From a virus (lineage: Duplodnaviria; Caudoviricetes), in the IMG/VR virus record IMGVR_UViG_3300030376_005300, positions 1 through 64,000 of that record: DNA of 64,000 nucleotides; one strand, given 5' to 3'. A program made the position numbers and the translations under genes. Below are positions 26,554 through 36,461 of the stretch, in pieces; the stretch's first letter is position 1; each line of letters starts with the position of its first letter. The notes below the pieces were generated by a model. It ran no database searches. It had not been told where the DNA came from and worked only from the letters and a program-made list of their open reading frames with translations.

Positions 26554-28898
26554 TAATTGACACCTTTCGCCCTGACCCGGAAGGGTCGGACCACATCTAC
26601 AAGAGGTGGCGTGATGCGGAAGGTAACCTCATTGAAGAAACCGTCACAGACTTCCGACCCTACTTTTGGATTTCTGCGGACACACCACGAGGGTATGTTG
26701 AGCGTGTCCTTGGTAAGTTCCCCGGTGCATCCGTTGACTGGGATGACACAGCCATAGGGCTGAGAACCGAAGAACCCTTAGTCAAGGTCTACGCCTACCG
26801 ACAGGGAGACATTCGTGATTTGTCTCGTCGCTTTGCAAAGACATGGGAGGCTGACCTCAGTCTACAGGACCGATACCTCATTGACGAAGTAAAGGTCATG
26901 CCTCAGTGGAAACCACGAGTGTGGCACTTTGACCTTGAATGGGACACCAAGACTCACGAGACCACGGTCATGGCTGTCATTGACAACTACAATAACCGAC
27001 ATGTTTCGTTCTGTTGGAAGAAGCACAATCCCAACGGACTGTATGACCATGACCATCTCATTGAAGAAAAGACGACAGAGTACGAGTACAAGGGTGAGCA
27101 GATACCTCTGACTTACGAACGCCACCTGTACGGCTCAGAGCAAGAGATGCACGATGCTTTTCTTGCGTACTTGGACGAATGCAACCCTGACATTTTCGTG
27201 GCCCACGCTATCATGTGGGCTGACCTACCTCACCTTACAAAGCGACTCAAGAACTTCCGGCGGCTCAGTCCGCTCGGTAGAGTCCTGCGACCCAGCAAAG
27301 GCTCGTACGACTATGTGGACCAACCTATCATCGGACGCCTCTGCTTTGACACAGCATCGCCGATGCGAAGCGGTAGCGGCTTTGAGCGTGTGTGGAAAGA
27401 CAGCGGTAAGCCTCAGTTGAAGAATCTCAAACTGGACACCATTGCACGAATGTGCAACTACGGTGGTAAGTTGGACATGGATGTATTCACTGGGTGGACA
27501 GAACGCTTTGATGAGTATGTGGACTACTGTATGGTGGACACCTTCCTCTTGAAGCACATAGACGAGGACAACCATGTGCTGAACTTCTTCCTCTCACTAC
27601 AGGAGTTCTGTGGCGTGAGTTTCCGTTCATGTCACAATGTCACTCGGTTTGCACGGGGCCTACTCCAACGCAGGACGGAGTGGAAAGCACCGTCTAAATC
27701 CATGCAAGAAAAGCAAGAGTACGAAGGTGCATTCATTCCACCACCACGCCCCGGCAGGTACGAGGGCGTAGCCTGCGTTGACTACAAGGGTCTCTATCCA
27801 TCGCTTATTCTATCTCACAACTTGTCATGGGAGACGCAAGTCCCCAAGGACATGGCCGACCAAGAAAATGTCAGGCAACTACCTGACGGTACTTGTTGGC
27901 TTCAAGGCGTTCCCGCTTTGCTACCAAGCATGGTCACTGAACTGTTTGAAGTCAGAGACGATTACAAGAAGCGGATGCGAGAAGCCTCCACCGAGTCTGA
28001 GAGAAACGGATGGAACACCTTGCAACTCGCTGTCAAGCGTGTCATGGCGTCACTATACGGTGCAACCGCCAGCGGCTACTGGGGCTGGTGCGACTTTGAC
28101 ATCGCCTCGGCCATCACTGCTTGTGGGCGTGAAGCAATCAAAGGCCTCATGGAAGAATCCGAAGCGGCTGGATACAGCGCACTGTACGGTCACACGGACT
28201 CTGCGTTCGTGCAGGTTCCGTTTGAGGAGGCACCCGCTCTCGCCAAGCATCTCACCGATACCATTCAACGCAAGCACGAAGCGAGCCACCTGTTTGTGGA
28301 GTTTGAAGCCTACATGCCCTACTGGATTGTAGGCGGCAAGAACCTCTACTACGGTATCTGCTCGTTCCCACCGGAGGACGAAGGTAAAGTCAAAAGCGCA
28401 CGATGGGGCAAAATCAGCACGCTCGCTCCCATTTCAAAGAACCTTGAGAACGATGTCCTAACAGCCATCTGTACAGGTGCTTCCGAGGAAGAGGCCATCC
28501 AGTTGGTCAGGCCACTCGCTAAGCGCATCAAGCGAGGCGATGTAGCGCCCTCTGACATCTCTACCACTACAAGGTTGCAAAAGCGACTTGATGACTACGC
28601 TGACGGAGCAGGCGGCGCTGTCAAAGCGGCCCGGTACTACAACGAATATGTAGCCAAGAAAAACCACTATGGCGAAGGAGATAGCGTGAACTGGGTTTAT
28701 GTCAACCGTGTGCCCGAAGGGTTGCCTTCTATAGATGTTGTAGCCTACGAAAATGCCAGCGAACTGGCTGATTTTACACTCAATTATGACCTGATGGTAG
28801 ACAAACTCATCAAGGCTAAACTCAAGCCGATTTTCAAGGCACTGAACTGGGACTTGGAAAGAGCAAGCGGGGCGGCTATGCCCAAACAATACTGGTGA
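26550..28898 (+). CDS. polB: family B DNA polymerase
   Basis: ExoI FDLE, ExoIII YCMVD, motif A DYKGLYPS, motif B KRVMASLYG, motif C YGHTDS, KNLY. Confidence 0.95.
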   Translation: MIIDTFRPDPEGSDHIYKRWRDAEGNLIEETVTDFRPYFWISADTPRGYVERVLGKFPGASVDWDDTAIGLRTEEPLVKVYAYRQGDIRDLSRRFAKTWEADLSLQDRYLIDEVKVMPQWKPRVWHFDLEWDTKTHETTVMAVIDNYNNRHVSFCWKKHNPNGLYDHDHLIEEKTTEYEYKGEQIPLTYERHLYGSEQEMHDAFLAYLDECNPDIFVAHAIMWADLPHLTKRLKNFRRLSPLGRVLRPSKGSYDYVDQPIIGRLCFDTASPMRSGSGFERVWKDSGKPQLKNLKLDTIARMCNYGGKLDMDVFTGWTERFDEYVDYCMVDTFLLKHIDEDNHVLNFFLSLQEFCGVSFRSCHNVTRFARGLLQRRTEWKAPSKSMQEKQEYEGAFIPPPRPGRYEGVACVDYKGLYPSLILSHNLSWETQVPKDMADQENVRQLPDGTCWLQGVPALLPSMVTELFEVRDDYKKRMREASTESERNGWNTLQLAVKRVMASLYGATASGYWGWCDFDIASAITACGREAIKGLMEESEAAGYSALYGHTDSAFVQVPFEEAPALAKHLTDTIQRKHEASHLFVEFEAYMPYWIVGGKNLYYGICSFPPEDEGKVKSARWGKISTLAPISKNLENDVLTAICTGASEEEAIQLVRPLAKRIKRGDVAPSDISTTTRLQKRLDDYADGAGGAVKAARYYNEYVAKKNHYGEGDSVNWVYVNRVPEGLPSIDVVAYENASELADFTLNYDLMVDKLIKAKLKPIFKALNWDLERASGAAMPKQYW

Positions 28899-28902
28899 TA
28901 AA

Positions 28903-29106
28903 ATGGATGGATTTAGATGCACTGCTGTAATTAAGTCAGGGAAGAATAAAGGTCAACGGTGCCCCCATGTGGCGCATGTAGGTTACACCCCAATGGTCTG
29001 TTTAAAGCACACAAGAAATAGTACATACCAACCTGCAATTTGGTTAGCATATAGGGATGGCGATATAGACCTCAAGGAAGCAATAAGGAGAACTAAAAAT
29101 GAGTAG
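28903..29106 (+). CDS. small CCCH Zn-finger protein
   Basis: RCTAVIKSG.NKGQRC...CLKH; AT-rich codons. Confidence 0.65.
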   Translation: MDGFRCTAVIKSGKNKGQRCPHVAHVGYTPMVCLKHTRNSTYQPAIWLAYRDGDIDLKEAIRRTKNE

Positions 29107-29287
29107 AATAGAAGACGAAGTATGCAAGAAAATTGCACAACGAGCGGCGGTCGGCCTAAGTAAGTATGGAGTGACCATGGAGACAGCCCCGTTGTCTTGC
29201 CTTGAGTGGCTCATCCATGCACAGGAAGAGGCCATGGACTTGGCCGTGTACTTGCAGAAGTTGATTGAGTTGGAGGAGAGCGAATGA
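29099..29287 (+). CDS. MazG-like all-alpha nucleotide pyrophosphohydrolase-like small protein
   Basis: R..VG..KYG.T...WL.HAQEEAMDLAVY (EExxD). Confidence 0.65.
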   Translation: MSRIEDEVCKKIAQRAAVGLSKYGVTMETAPLSCLEWLIHAQEEAMDLAVYLQKLIELEESE

Positions 29288-29460
29288 GCAAGTGGATGTT
29301 TTGGAGGAAGGTCAAAGAGACCCCGACGAATAAACGCACTTGGTGGCGTCTCAAATCCACTTGCCCCACTTGTGGTAGAGCAGATGAAATACGCACTCGT
29401 CAAGCGAAACTGTTTGAGTTTGCAGAGATGGAACAGAAAACACTGGAGGTGTACGCATGA
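29284..29460 (+). CDS. small protein with CPTC and PIP-like QAKLFEF (58 aa, not in track)
   Basis: ATGA overlaps at both ends; GGAGG RBS. Confidence 0.6.
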   Translation: MSKWMFWRKVKETPTNKRTWWRLKSTCPTCGRADEIRTRQAKLFEFAEMEQKTLEVYA

Positions 29461-30458
29461 GTGACAGAGACTGGTCGGCATATGCCAAATCAACTTACCA
29501 ATGGAAGCCGGGACACGATAAGCACCTGCGAATGACCAAAACCAGCCTAACAAGCGACTTTGACTACTGCCCGAAGCAGTACGAGTACAAGCGCATTCAC
29601 CGCCTCCCTGAGCCGTCAAGTGACGCCATGATGAAGGGGAACAATGTACACGAAGCCATTGAGGTATTCTACGACAATGTACCACCTGTCCTTGACGAAC
29701 TACATACTCTGATGCAGAGGAATAAAACTGAGGAGGCTTTACAACTGGCTCTCAGTGTCATACCTGAACAAGAGTATGTGCTCGGAGAAGGGCCGTCTAT
29801 TGAACAAAGGATTCGCTGGGACTTACAGAGACTACTCGCTGGTGGAAAAGAGAACTACCTCCCTATCATCAATGAACTGGAGGTCCACGCATTCGTTGAA
29901 GAAGAGTTTGAGTTCAACGGCGAAGTGCACACGATTCCCATTCATTTTGCTGGGAGTATTGACCGAGGTTATGCGACAGATGAGGGTACCTATGCTCTTA
30001 TGGAGTTGAAGACTGGGAAGTGGGTCCAAACCAAGAATCGCCAAGACGAATGGAAAGACTCCAAGTTCAAATTGGAATCTATGCGTCAAGAGATGGCGTT
30101 CTACAAGTATCTGTTACAAGTTGCTGACCACCCCTACCAAGATGTTTCACATTGGGGTTGGGTGTATCCGTCGGGTAATACTGCGAAGTTGGACCCGCTG
30201 AACAAGTACGGGTATGAACAGCGCGGCATAAACAAAATCACTTACGAGCCAGCGACCGGTAGAACTTGGACGACATTTAGAAAGCGTGTAGAGCGCCTTA
30301 AGACTGCACTGTTGACGGCTTACCTCGCTGAAGACTTCCCAACCAAACCAAGTACAGGGAAGTGCGCTTGGTGTAACTTCAAACCTATCTGTCCAAGTTG
30401 GGAAGGCAGTGATAATCCACAGGAATACCTTGACAACTACAAGGAGGGTAACGAATGA
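29457..30458 (+). CDS. Cas4/RecB-like PD-(D/E)xK exonuclease with Fe-S cysteines
   Basis: YCPKQY, GSIDR, ELKTG, QEMAFY, CAWCNFKPIC. Confidence 0.88.
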   Translation: MSDRDWSAYAKSTYQWKPGHDKHLRMTKTSLTSDFDYCPKQYEYKRIHRLPEPSSDAMMKGNNVHEAIEVFYDNVPPVLDELHTLMQRNKTEEALQLALSVIPEQEYVLGEGPSIEQRIRWDLQRLLAGGKENYLPIINELEVHAFVEEEFEFNGEVHTIPIHFAGSIDRGYATDEGTYALMELKTGKWVQTKNRQDEWKDSKFKLESMRQEMAFYKYLLQVADHPYQDVSHWGWVYPSGNTAKLDPLNKYGYEQRGINKITYEPATGRTWTTFRKRVERLKTALLTAYLAEDFPTKPSTGKCAWCNFKPICPSWEGSDNPQEYLDNYKEGNE

Positions 30459-30727
30459 AAGTTATGCGAATAGAAACCACGAAGCGTAAAATACAGAAGT
30501 CACTGGAAGCGACAACAGGGAGACCTGTTCAAGTTTCTTTCTCACATTTGGGCAAGGACAAAGACTACAGCGTTGCTATCCAAACGACGCTGTACGAGTT
30601 TGACGGCGAACCCGCCGGTCCCAAGGGAACCATGTACCTTACTTTGAACCGCAGGCTGTTGCAGAACAAGACGATGCTCCAAAACACTGTCATGGAAATT
30701 CAAAATCTGTACCGTAAGAGTGATTGA
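30455..30727 (+). CDS. small protein with PIP-like QTTLYEF
   Basis: Coupled ORF. Confidence 0.7.
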   Translation: MKVMRIETTKRKIQKSLEATTGRPVQVSFSHLGKDKDYSVAIQTTLYEFDGEPAGPKGTMYLTLNRRLLQNKTMLQNTVMEIQNLYRKSD

Positions 30728-30728
30728 A

Positions 30729-31841
30729 ATGCAGTTGGTGTTTGATTTTCCACGAGAGGTGATGGAACTCAGCCCTGAGAGGGGCAGAGGCTATCGTAAA
30801 ATCGTGCGAAGCAACACTGACTTAGAACGCTACTGGGAAGGGAAAAACGGAGTGTCCAATGCCTACATGACGGTGTATGGATACCGGGCTACCCTCCCAC
30901 CGTTCAACAAGCGTGTGAACTTAGAAACGCCTATCATTCGTCATTTCGTCATGGATTTTGACCCCAAAGATTTCCGAAAGAACAAAGGTAACAATGTTGA
31001 CCCTGCCGCTCCTTTGTTACAAACCAAGAAACTACACAATTTCCTCTTAGAAAGAGACATCACTCACAGTGTGTGGTACAGTGGAGGCGGTTTTCATGTG
31101 TGGGTAGGGCTGGACAAAGCCTACATTCCCAGCAGTGGAGACAGCCTGTCTGACATCAAGGAAGCAGGAATGAAACTCGTTAGTGATTGGATTCATGCTA
31201 TGGACCTGTACTGCTCTGACCCCGCTGTACCGTTTGATACCAGCGGTATGATTCGTATTCCGAACTCGTACAACTCCAAGCGAGGACTTTGGTCCATACC
31301 CCTGAGCACCGGAGACCTTGACGCTGGTTTGCATTACATCATGGAGAAGGCGCTTGACCCCGGAATAGGCATGATTCCGTACGGTGGTCAAGGGCTCAAG
31401 TTAGAGGTCGTAAAAGGCAAAAGCCGGGGTAAGGTGTTCAACCCGAACACGAAACCGATTGACCTACCTACCATCTCCATGGATGGGGTAATTATTCTCC
31501 CTTGCCTCAATCAAGCGGCGTGTCGTGTAGGGAGCAATCCCAGTCACGATGAACGGGTACAACTCGTCAAGTACCTATCAAAACGCCTGAGAAATTTCAT
31601 TCCGGTTGAGCGCATTGACCGAGACAAGTTGGAAGAACACACTGAATCTATTGTGAAGTTCATTACATCACTTGAATGGGCCGACTTTAACGAAGGCACC
31701 ACCCGATACCAAGTGGGCACTATCGTCGGCACAGAGTACCCACAGACATGTTCTATGCTTTACAAGAAAGGTATGTGCCTCGGCAAGTGCCGATACTGGG
31801 ACAAGACCGGTGCGATTGATTTCAAGGGGGAAGAGGAATGA
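30729..31841 (+). CDS. priS: archaeo-eukaryotic primase, PriS fused to PriL-CTD (Fe-S)
   Basis: MDFD, YSGGGFH, D...MIRIPNSYN; then LPCL...H.ER...TCS.L...GMCLGKC. Confidence 0.88.
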   Translation: MQLVFDFPREVMELSPERGRGYRKIVRSNTDLERYWEGKNGVSNAYMTVYGYRATLPPFNKRVNLETPIIRHFVMDFDPKDFRKNKGNNVDPAAPLLQTKKLHNFLLERDITHSVWYSGGGFHVWVGLDKAYIPSSGDSLSDIKEAGMKLVSDWIHAMDLYCSDPAVPFDTSGMIRIPNSYNSKRGLWSIPLSTGDLDAGLHYIMEKALDPGIGMIPYGGQGLKLEVVKGKSRGKVFNPNTKPIDLPTISMDGVIILPCLNQAACRVGSNPSHDERVQLVKYLSKRLRNFIPVERIDRDKLEEHTESIVKFITSLEWADFNEGTTRYQVGTIVGTEYPQTCSMLYKKGMCLGKCRYWDKTGAIDFKGEEE

Positions 31842-32065
31842 AGCACAGGCTGAACACGCACTGTGCCATCTGTGACGCCGTGGTCGGAAACAAGGCTAAG
31901 GTGAGCAAGAGAGGTGAAGTTCACTGCGTTAGTTGTCGCAGAAACACGGCTCCTGACGAGTACCGTTGCCAAGGTATTACAAAGAAGAACGAAAGATGCA
32001 AACATTGGGCTCGTGAAGAAAGCGATTACTGCGTTCGTCACCGAAACTATGAGGTGACTGAATGA
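31838..32065 (+). CDS. double Zn-finger small protein
   Basis: CAIC...CVSC and CQG.TK..ERC...YC.RH. Confidence 0.75.
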   Translation: MKHRLNTHCAICDAVVGNKAKVSKRGEVHCVSCRRNTAPDEYRCQGITKKNERCKHWAREESDYCVRHRNYEVTE

Positions 32066-32793
32066 AAATGACCCAGCCGTTACTCATTGACAGTAACGAG
32101 CGTGGGCCACTGCATGACGCCGTGGTTAGAGCCGCTGAAAGAGAGGGGTTTCCTGTCAAAAAGGAACACTTGCAAGGCATGGGCGACTACAAGGCTGGGA
32201 ATGCCAGCATAGAGTGTAAGAGTCTTTCCGACCTCATCCAATCCACCTTCAAAGGTCACCTACAGCGTCAAATTGAGAACCTTGATGCCAACTGCGAGCG
32301 AGTCGTGTTAGTTGTTCACGGCGACATTGCCAAATATGTCGCTATGAGCCGAAAACAAGGCCGAACGGTTAGTTATGCAAAGACACTTGACCTGATGTTG
32401 GGTATTTTTGCCCGATTGACGGCTGATTTTGACTGCCACATCTATAGAGCGAAAGACTACGCCGAAGCAGGTATGTTTATCGCTAAGTTACACAGCAAGA
32501 TGCACAAATCTGCGAGTAGGCACGGTGCGAGAGCCGTCACAAGAACGAGTACCAATGATGTGCGAGCCGACATGCTCGTTACAGTACCCGGTATAGGGCC
32601 TGAAATGGTAGCGAAACTATTGGAAGCCTGTGGGTCAATTGAAGAAATGCTGTACCCGGAGTCGTTAAAGGCGGTACGAGGCATGGGTCCAAAGTTGCGC
32701 CAGCGACTGCTGGATGTCTTAACATCCGAAGAGCCCGTACGAGTCCAAAAAACATACAACAGAGGAGAGAGAAATGGAGCACAAAGCAAGTAA
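32062..32793 (+). CDS. ERCC4/XPF (Hef-like) nuclease with HhH motifs
   Basis: IDSNE, GDY, IECKSLSDL, VPGIGP, VRGMGP. Confidence 0.9.
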   Translation: MKMTQPLLIDSNERGPLHDAVVRAAEREGFPVKKEHLQGMGDYKAGNASIECKSLSDLIQSTFKGHLQRQIENLDANCERVVLVVHGDIAKYVAMSRKQGRTVSYAKTLDLMLGIFARLTADFDCHIYRAKDYAEAGMFIAKLHSKMHKSASRHGARAVTRTSTNDVRADMLVTVPGIGPEMVAKLLEACGSIEEMLYPESLKAVRGMGPKLRQRLLDVLTSEEPVRVQKTYNRGERNGAQSK

Positions 32794-34195
32794 GTACGAA
32801 TGCGTAAGGAAGTTTCCAATCTTGAAGGGTTACCTTGAACACTTCAAAGAAGTCAGCAAGAACAACGAAATCCCCGGACTGATTTCGTTTTTCTACATTT
32901 TGGGACAAGCGGCCATACCGTATGTACGGGTGCCTGTAGGTGGTAGTAACCTTGACCCGAGGGTGAACATGTTTTGGATTCAAGACACCCGAACGGGTAA
33001 ATCGGCGGCATATCAAATCATAGAGAAGGTACTCAATGGCTCTGACCTAAACACTGCTGATTACAACAGTGGTAACGATGCCGCCCTCATAGGGACATTA
33101 GTCCCTGACCCTGATTTTGAAGGCAATCCAAGAGATGCTCCCCAAGTGACAAGGCCGGGGCTTCTTGCGGGTCGTAAGGGTTTGAACTTTGACGAGGGTA
33201 GCGTTGTTCTCAAAACAGGACAGTATAACGAAAGTACGACCCTGTTCTTGCAATCTGCCTTGAACTCAGCAGGAACTGGGCGTAACATATTGACAAAGCA
33301 CATGGCAAGGGATACATTCACCATCAAGTCGGAAGTGTCTCTTTGGATTACCACTTACCCACCAAAGGGCATCAAAGAACATGTACTGGACAAAGGTATT
33401 TTCCAGCGAGTCCTCACATATTGGAGACACTGGACGCTTGAAATGAAGCAGGCTATCAATCATGAACTGGCAGAGTCAGTTTACAGTGAGCCTAAATTTG
33501 AGGTGCCGTTTGAAGAAGTGACTGGTTTCTTCAAAGATGTGCAAAAGCAACTCAAACGCAGAGTGCTGGAACTCAGTGACATCGCCCCCCTTGAGTGGGA
33601 TGAAATGAATGGAGACGACCAAGAAACTGTCGTCATGAGCCTTATGCGGCGAATGTTTAGGCCGGACGAGGCTTACATCCCTGCTCTCATGTCTGCTATT
33701 GACGAGTATTACAGTATCGTTGAAGTCATGAGTCCTGACAAACAGGGTATCTGCTCATCATTTATCATGGGACTACAGAACTACACGAACATTCTCGCTC
33801 ATCATTTCGCTATGATTGAAGGTACTTGGGTCGTTAGAGGGGACCACATAGACATGGCCAAAGAGATTCTCTTTGACCTCTATCAAAATCTTATTCAGTG
33901 GCTTGAGTCCGAAGTCAACATTGGTGCAGGTGCATCTGAGAAGAACAAGATGCAAGGCTACTGGAAAGAGGCTTACAAGCAAGCGGAACTCTTTGACTTT
34001 GATGACCACCGTGGTCACGGCTGGGTAAAGAAGAAGGAACTGATGAACAATTTCGGAAGGTTAGCCAACTACAACAGTCATGCTTCTGTTAATCAGAAGT
34101 ACAATACATATGGTACAGAAATGTTCAGCGACACAAGAGAAGGCGTCCGTGTCTTTGTCCGCCTCAACGATAACTATAGGAAAGGTGGCAAATGA
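32774..34195 (+). CDS. divergent MCM-like AAA+ replicative helicase
   Basis: QDTRTGKS (Walker A), AALIG...PGLL, NFDEG (Walker B), FQR Arg-finger, C-terminal wH-like region. Confidence 0.7.
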   Translation: MEHKASKYECVRKFPILKGYLEHFKEVSKNNEIPGLISFFYILGQAAIPYVRVPVGGSNLDPRVNMFWIQDTRTGKSAAYQIIEKVLNGSDLNTADYNSGNDAALIGTLVPDPDFEGNPRDAPQVTRPGLLAGRKGLNFDEGSVVLKTGQYNESTTLFLQSALNSAGTGRNILTKHMARDTFTIKSEVSLWITTYPPKGIKEHVLDKGIFQRVLTYWRHWTLEMKQAINHELAESVYSEPKFEVPFEEVTGFFKDVQKQLKRRVLELSDIAPLEWDEMNGDDQETVVMSLMRRMFRPDEAYIPALMSAIDEYYSIVEVMSPDKQGICSSFIMGLQNYTNILAHHFAMIEGTWVVRGDHIDMAKEILFDLYQNLIQWLESEVNIGAGASEKNKMQGYWKEAYKQAELFDFDDHRGHGWVKKKELMNNFGRLANYNSHASVNQKYNTYGTEMFSDTREGVRVFVRLNDNYRKGGK

Positions 34196-34344
34196 TGCAG
34201 GAACCATTTTGGCATACCGAATGTATGATATGTGATACCAAACTCGGTGACGCTATCGGAGGCTACATAATCGGCACCCACCTGAATAAGATGCTGGGAC
34301 TGTGCGACGGATGCAAGCATACAATGGAGGCGTTTATCAAATGA
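34192..34344 (+). CDS. micro Zn-finger protein (50 aa)
   Basis: CMIC...CDGC; ATGA overlaps on both sides. Confidence 0.6.
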   Translation: MMQEPFWHTECMICDTKLGDAIGGYIIGTHLNKMLGLCDGCKHTMEAFIK

Positions 34345-34949
34345 AGAGAATGTTGGCGCTTGATATTGAAACTGCAAACTTTTCCCACGAAATAGGAGGA
34401 TGGGGCTCCAGCCACTTGTTTGAACCGACAGTTGTTGCCACTTGGGACGGCGAAAAGGGCACTGTCTATGCAGACGAAAAGGTGTCCAAATATCTCCCTG
34501 AAGGTACCGATGTCAAACCACTTCATCCGAAGACCATCGGAGAAGACTTGGCCAAGCATGTGTCCGAAGGCGGCATGGTCCTTGGTCACAATTTGAAACA
34601 ATTTGACCTTCCAATCATCCGTGATGCACTGGACTGCTGGACAGCCGGTGACATCATGGCCAAGTCAGAAGAACAGGTGTTTGACACATCTGCTCTACTG
34701 AAATCCATTGTCGGACACGCTGTGCCGTTGTCCGACGCTTGTCATCACACCCTCAACAAAGGGAAATTGATGAACAGCCATGATGCGCCAATTGAATGGC
34801 GCAAAGGCAACTACGACAAAGTGGCAGAATACTGCCTCAAAGACGCTCAACTGGTTTACGAACTGTGGGAACACGGCATGAATGAAGGCTTCGTGAAAGC
34901 ACGATGTCGTCATAGTGGCGATGTGAAAGAGTACGAAGTAGACTGGTGA
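34341..34949 (+). CDS. DEDD / RNase H-like 3'-5' exonuclease
   Basis: LDIET, GHN..QFD, YCLKD. Confidence 0.85.
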   Translation: MKRMLALDIETANFSHEIGGWGSSHLFEPTVVATWDGEKGTVYADEKVSKYLPEGTDVKPLHPKTIGEDLAKHVSEGGMVLGHNLKQFDLPIIRDALDCWTAGDIMAKSEEQVFDTSALLKSIVGHAVPLSDACHHTLNKGKLMNSHDAPIEWRKGNYDKVAEYCLKDAQLVYELWEHGMNEGFVKARCRHSGDVKEYEVDW

Positions 34950-34961
34950 GGAGAGAGAGAT

Positions 34962-36461
34962 ATGAACGAAAACGAGAGCAATACAAGCGCAGTCGTCCAC
35001 AACATCCGGGCGGCAAAGAGAGCAGTCAGTACGGTCAAGACAACACTTGGCCCTATGGGCATGGACAAGATGATGGTTGACGGTGGCGGAAATGTCATCG
35101 TCACCAACGACGGGGCTACCATCCTACAAGAACTGGACATTAGCCACCCTGCGGCAAGGATGCTGGTTGAAGCGGCCAACACGCAAGAAAGCATGTGTTA
35201 CGACGGTACGACCAGCACGGTCGTGCTCGCAGGTGAATTACTTGGCAACAGTGAACTGCTGTTCAGCAAAGGACTGCACGCCAACATCATCTGCCGTGGC
35301 TACCGGAAGGCATCCAACTGGGCAGTTGACTACATCAAGAGTGAATTGACGCTGGACGCCGAAGAATTTCTCAGCGATATTGCTCGCACTTCAATTACGG
35401 GTAAATCGTTAGAATCCAGCATTTCTCATGTGAGCAATCTCTGCGTGGATGCCGTCAAAACAGCCGGTGGCGACTACGACCGCATTCGTGTCCTGTGTCA
35501 ACCCGGTGGTGGACTGGACGATTCGTCTTGTTTCTCCGGCGTGGTTCTACACAAGGAGTTCATGCTCCCCGCCATGCCACTCAAGCCCAACGGTAAGGCT
35601 CTACTCATCAATACGGGCCTCAGCGACATGAAGGGTGAAGAGAACATCCAACTCAGCCTGTCATCAGCCAACGAGTACCAGCAATACAAACGGCAATCGG
35701 GTCGCACTCAATGGGTGGACTGTGCAAATGCCATCATCAGCCTCTTGCCTGACGGCGGTGTAGTGTTCTGCCGTGACACGGTGCACGAAGTCGTGGCCGC
35801 TACGCTTGCGAAGGCCGGTATTGCGCTGGTACACCGCATTCCCGAGAGCGATATGACAGCCCTGTCTAAACTGCTGGGCACTTCAATCTCGCACAGCACG
35901 GACGACCTTATGGAACCTGTTGACTGTGATGCCGAGTGCAAACAAATCGGCGACATGAAGTACACTGTGGTCAAGGGCGAAGGCGAAGTCACCACGCTCA
36001 TCTTGCGCGGCGCTACCATGCAAACACTTGATGAGACTGAGCGTGGATTTGAGGATGCTCTCGGAGTCGTATGCCTTGCCTACAACACTAAGCGAATGGT
36101 TGCCGGTGGAGGCTCTGCCTACATCGGTGCGGCACTCTACCTACGCTCCAAGGCCGCTACGGTGGACGGTCGTGAACAGATGGCCATTGAAGCATTCGCT
36201 GACGCACTGGAGTCAATCCCTGCGACCATCGCAGAGAACGCAGGTCATGACCCACTGGACAGTATCCTGACACTCAGGAACGAGCACAAGAGCGGGCACA
36301 AGGACTACGGCCCTGACATTGACAACGGTGGTGCCTGTAGCATGACCGAGCGCAATGTGTACGAACCGTTTGACTTGGTGCGACAGGCTATCCTGTCAGC
36401 CAGCGAAGTGACCGTCAGCATCCTACGCATTGACGACATCATCGGCAAGCGCACTGAGTGA
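34962..36461 (+). CDS. ths: group II chaperonin (thermosome) subunit
   Basis: KTTLGPMGMDKM, TNDGATIL, YDGTTS, DETER..EDAL, VAGGG, IAENAG.D, ILRIDD. Confidence 0.95.
   Translation: MNENESNTSAVVHNIRAAKRAVSTVKTTLGPMGMDKMMVDGGGNVIVTNDGATILQELDISHPAARMLVEAANTQESMCYDGTTSTVVLAGELLGNSELLFSKGLHANIICRGYRKASNWAVDYIKSELTLDAEEFLSDIARTSITGKSLESSISHVSNLCVDAVKTAGGDYDRIRVLCQPGGGLDDSSCFSGVVLHKEFMLPAMPLKPNGKALLINTGLSDMKGEENIQLSLSSANEYQQYKRQSGRTQWVDCANAIISLLPDGGVVFCRDTVHEVVAATLAKAGIALVHRIPESDMTALSKLLGTSISHSTDDLMEPVDCDAECKQIGDMKYTVVKGEGEVTTLILRGATMQTLDETERGFEDALGVVCLAYNTKRMVAGGGSAYIGAALYLRSKAATVDGREQMAIEAFADALESIPATIAENAGHDPLDSILTLRNEHKSGHKDYGPDIDNGGACSMTERNVYEPFDLVRQAILSASEVTVSILRIDDIIGKRTE

Noticed and set aside
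29457-30458. Cas4-like gene as evidence of a CRISPR system
   Set aside because: No repeat-spacer array or other cas genes seen; solo Cas4-like nucleases are common in archaeal virus replication modules
26550-34195. Inteins or introns in PolB, primase or helicase
   Set aside because: Protein lengths are compact, with no intein termini or LAGLIDADG blocks visible
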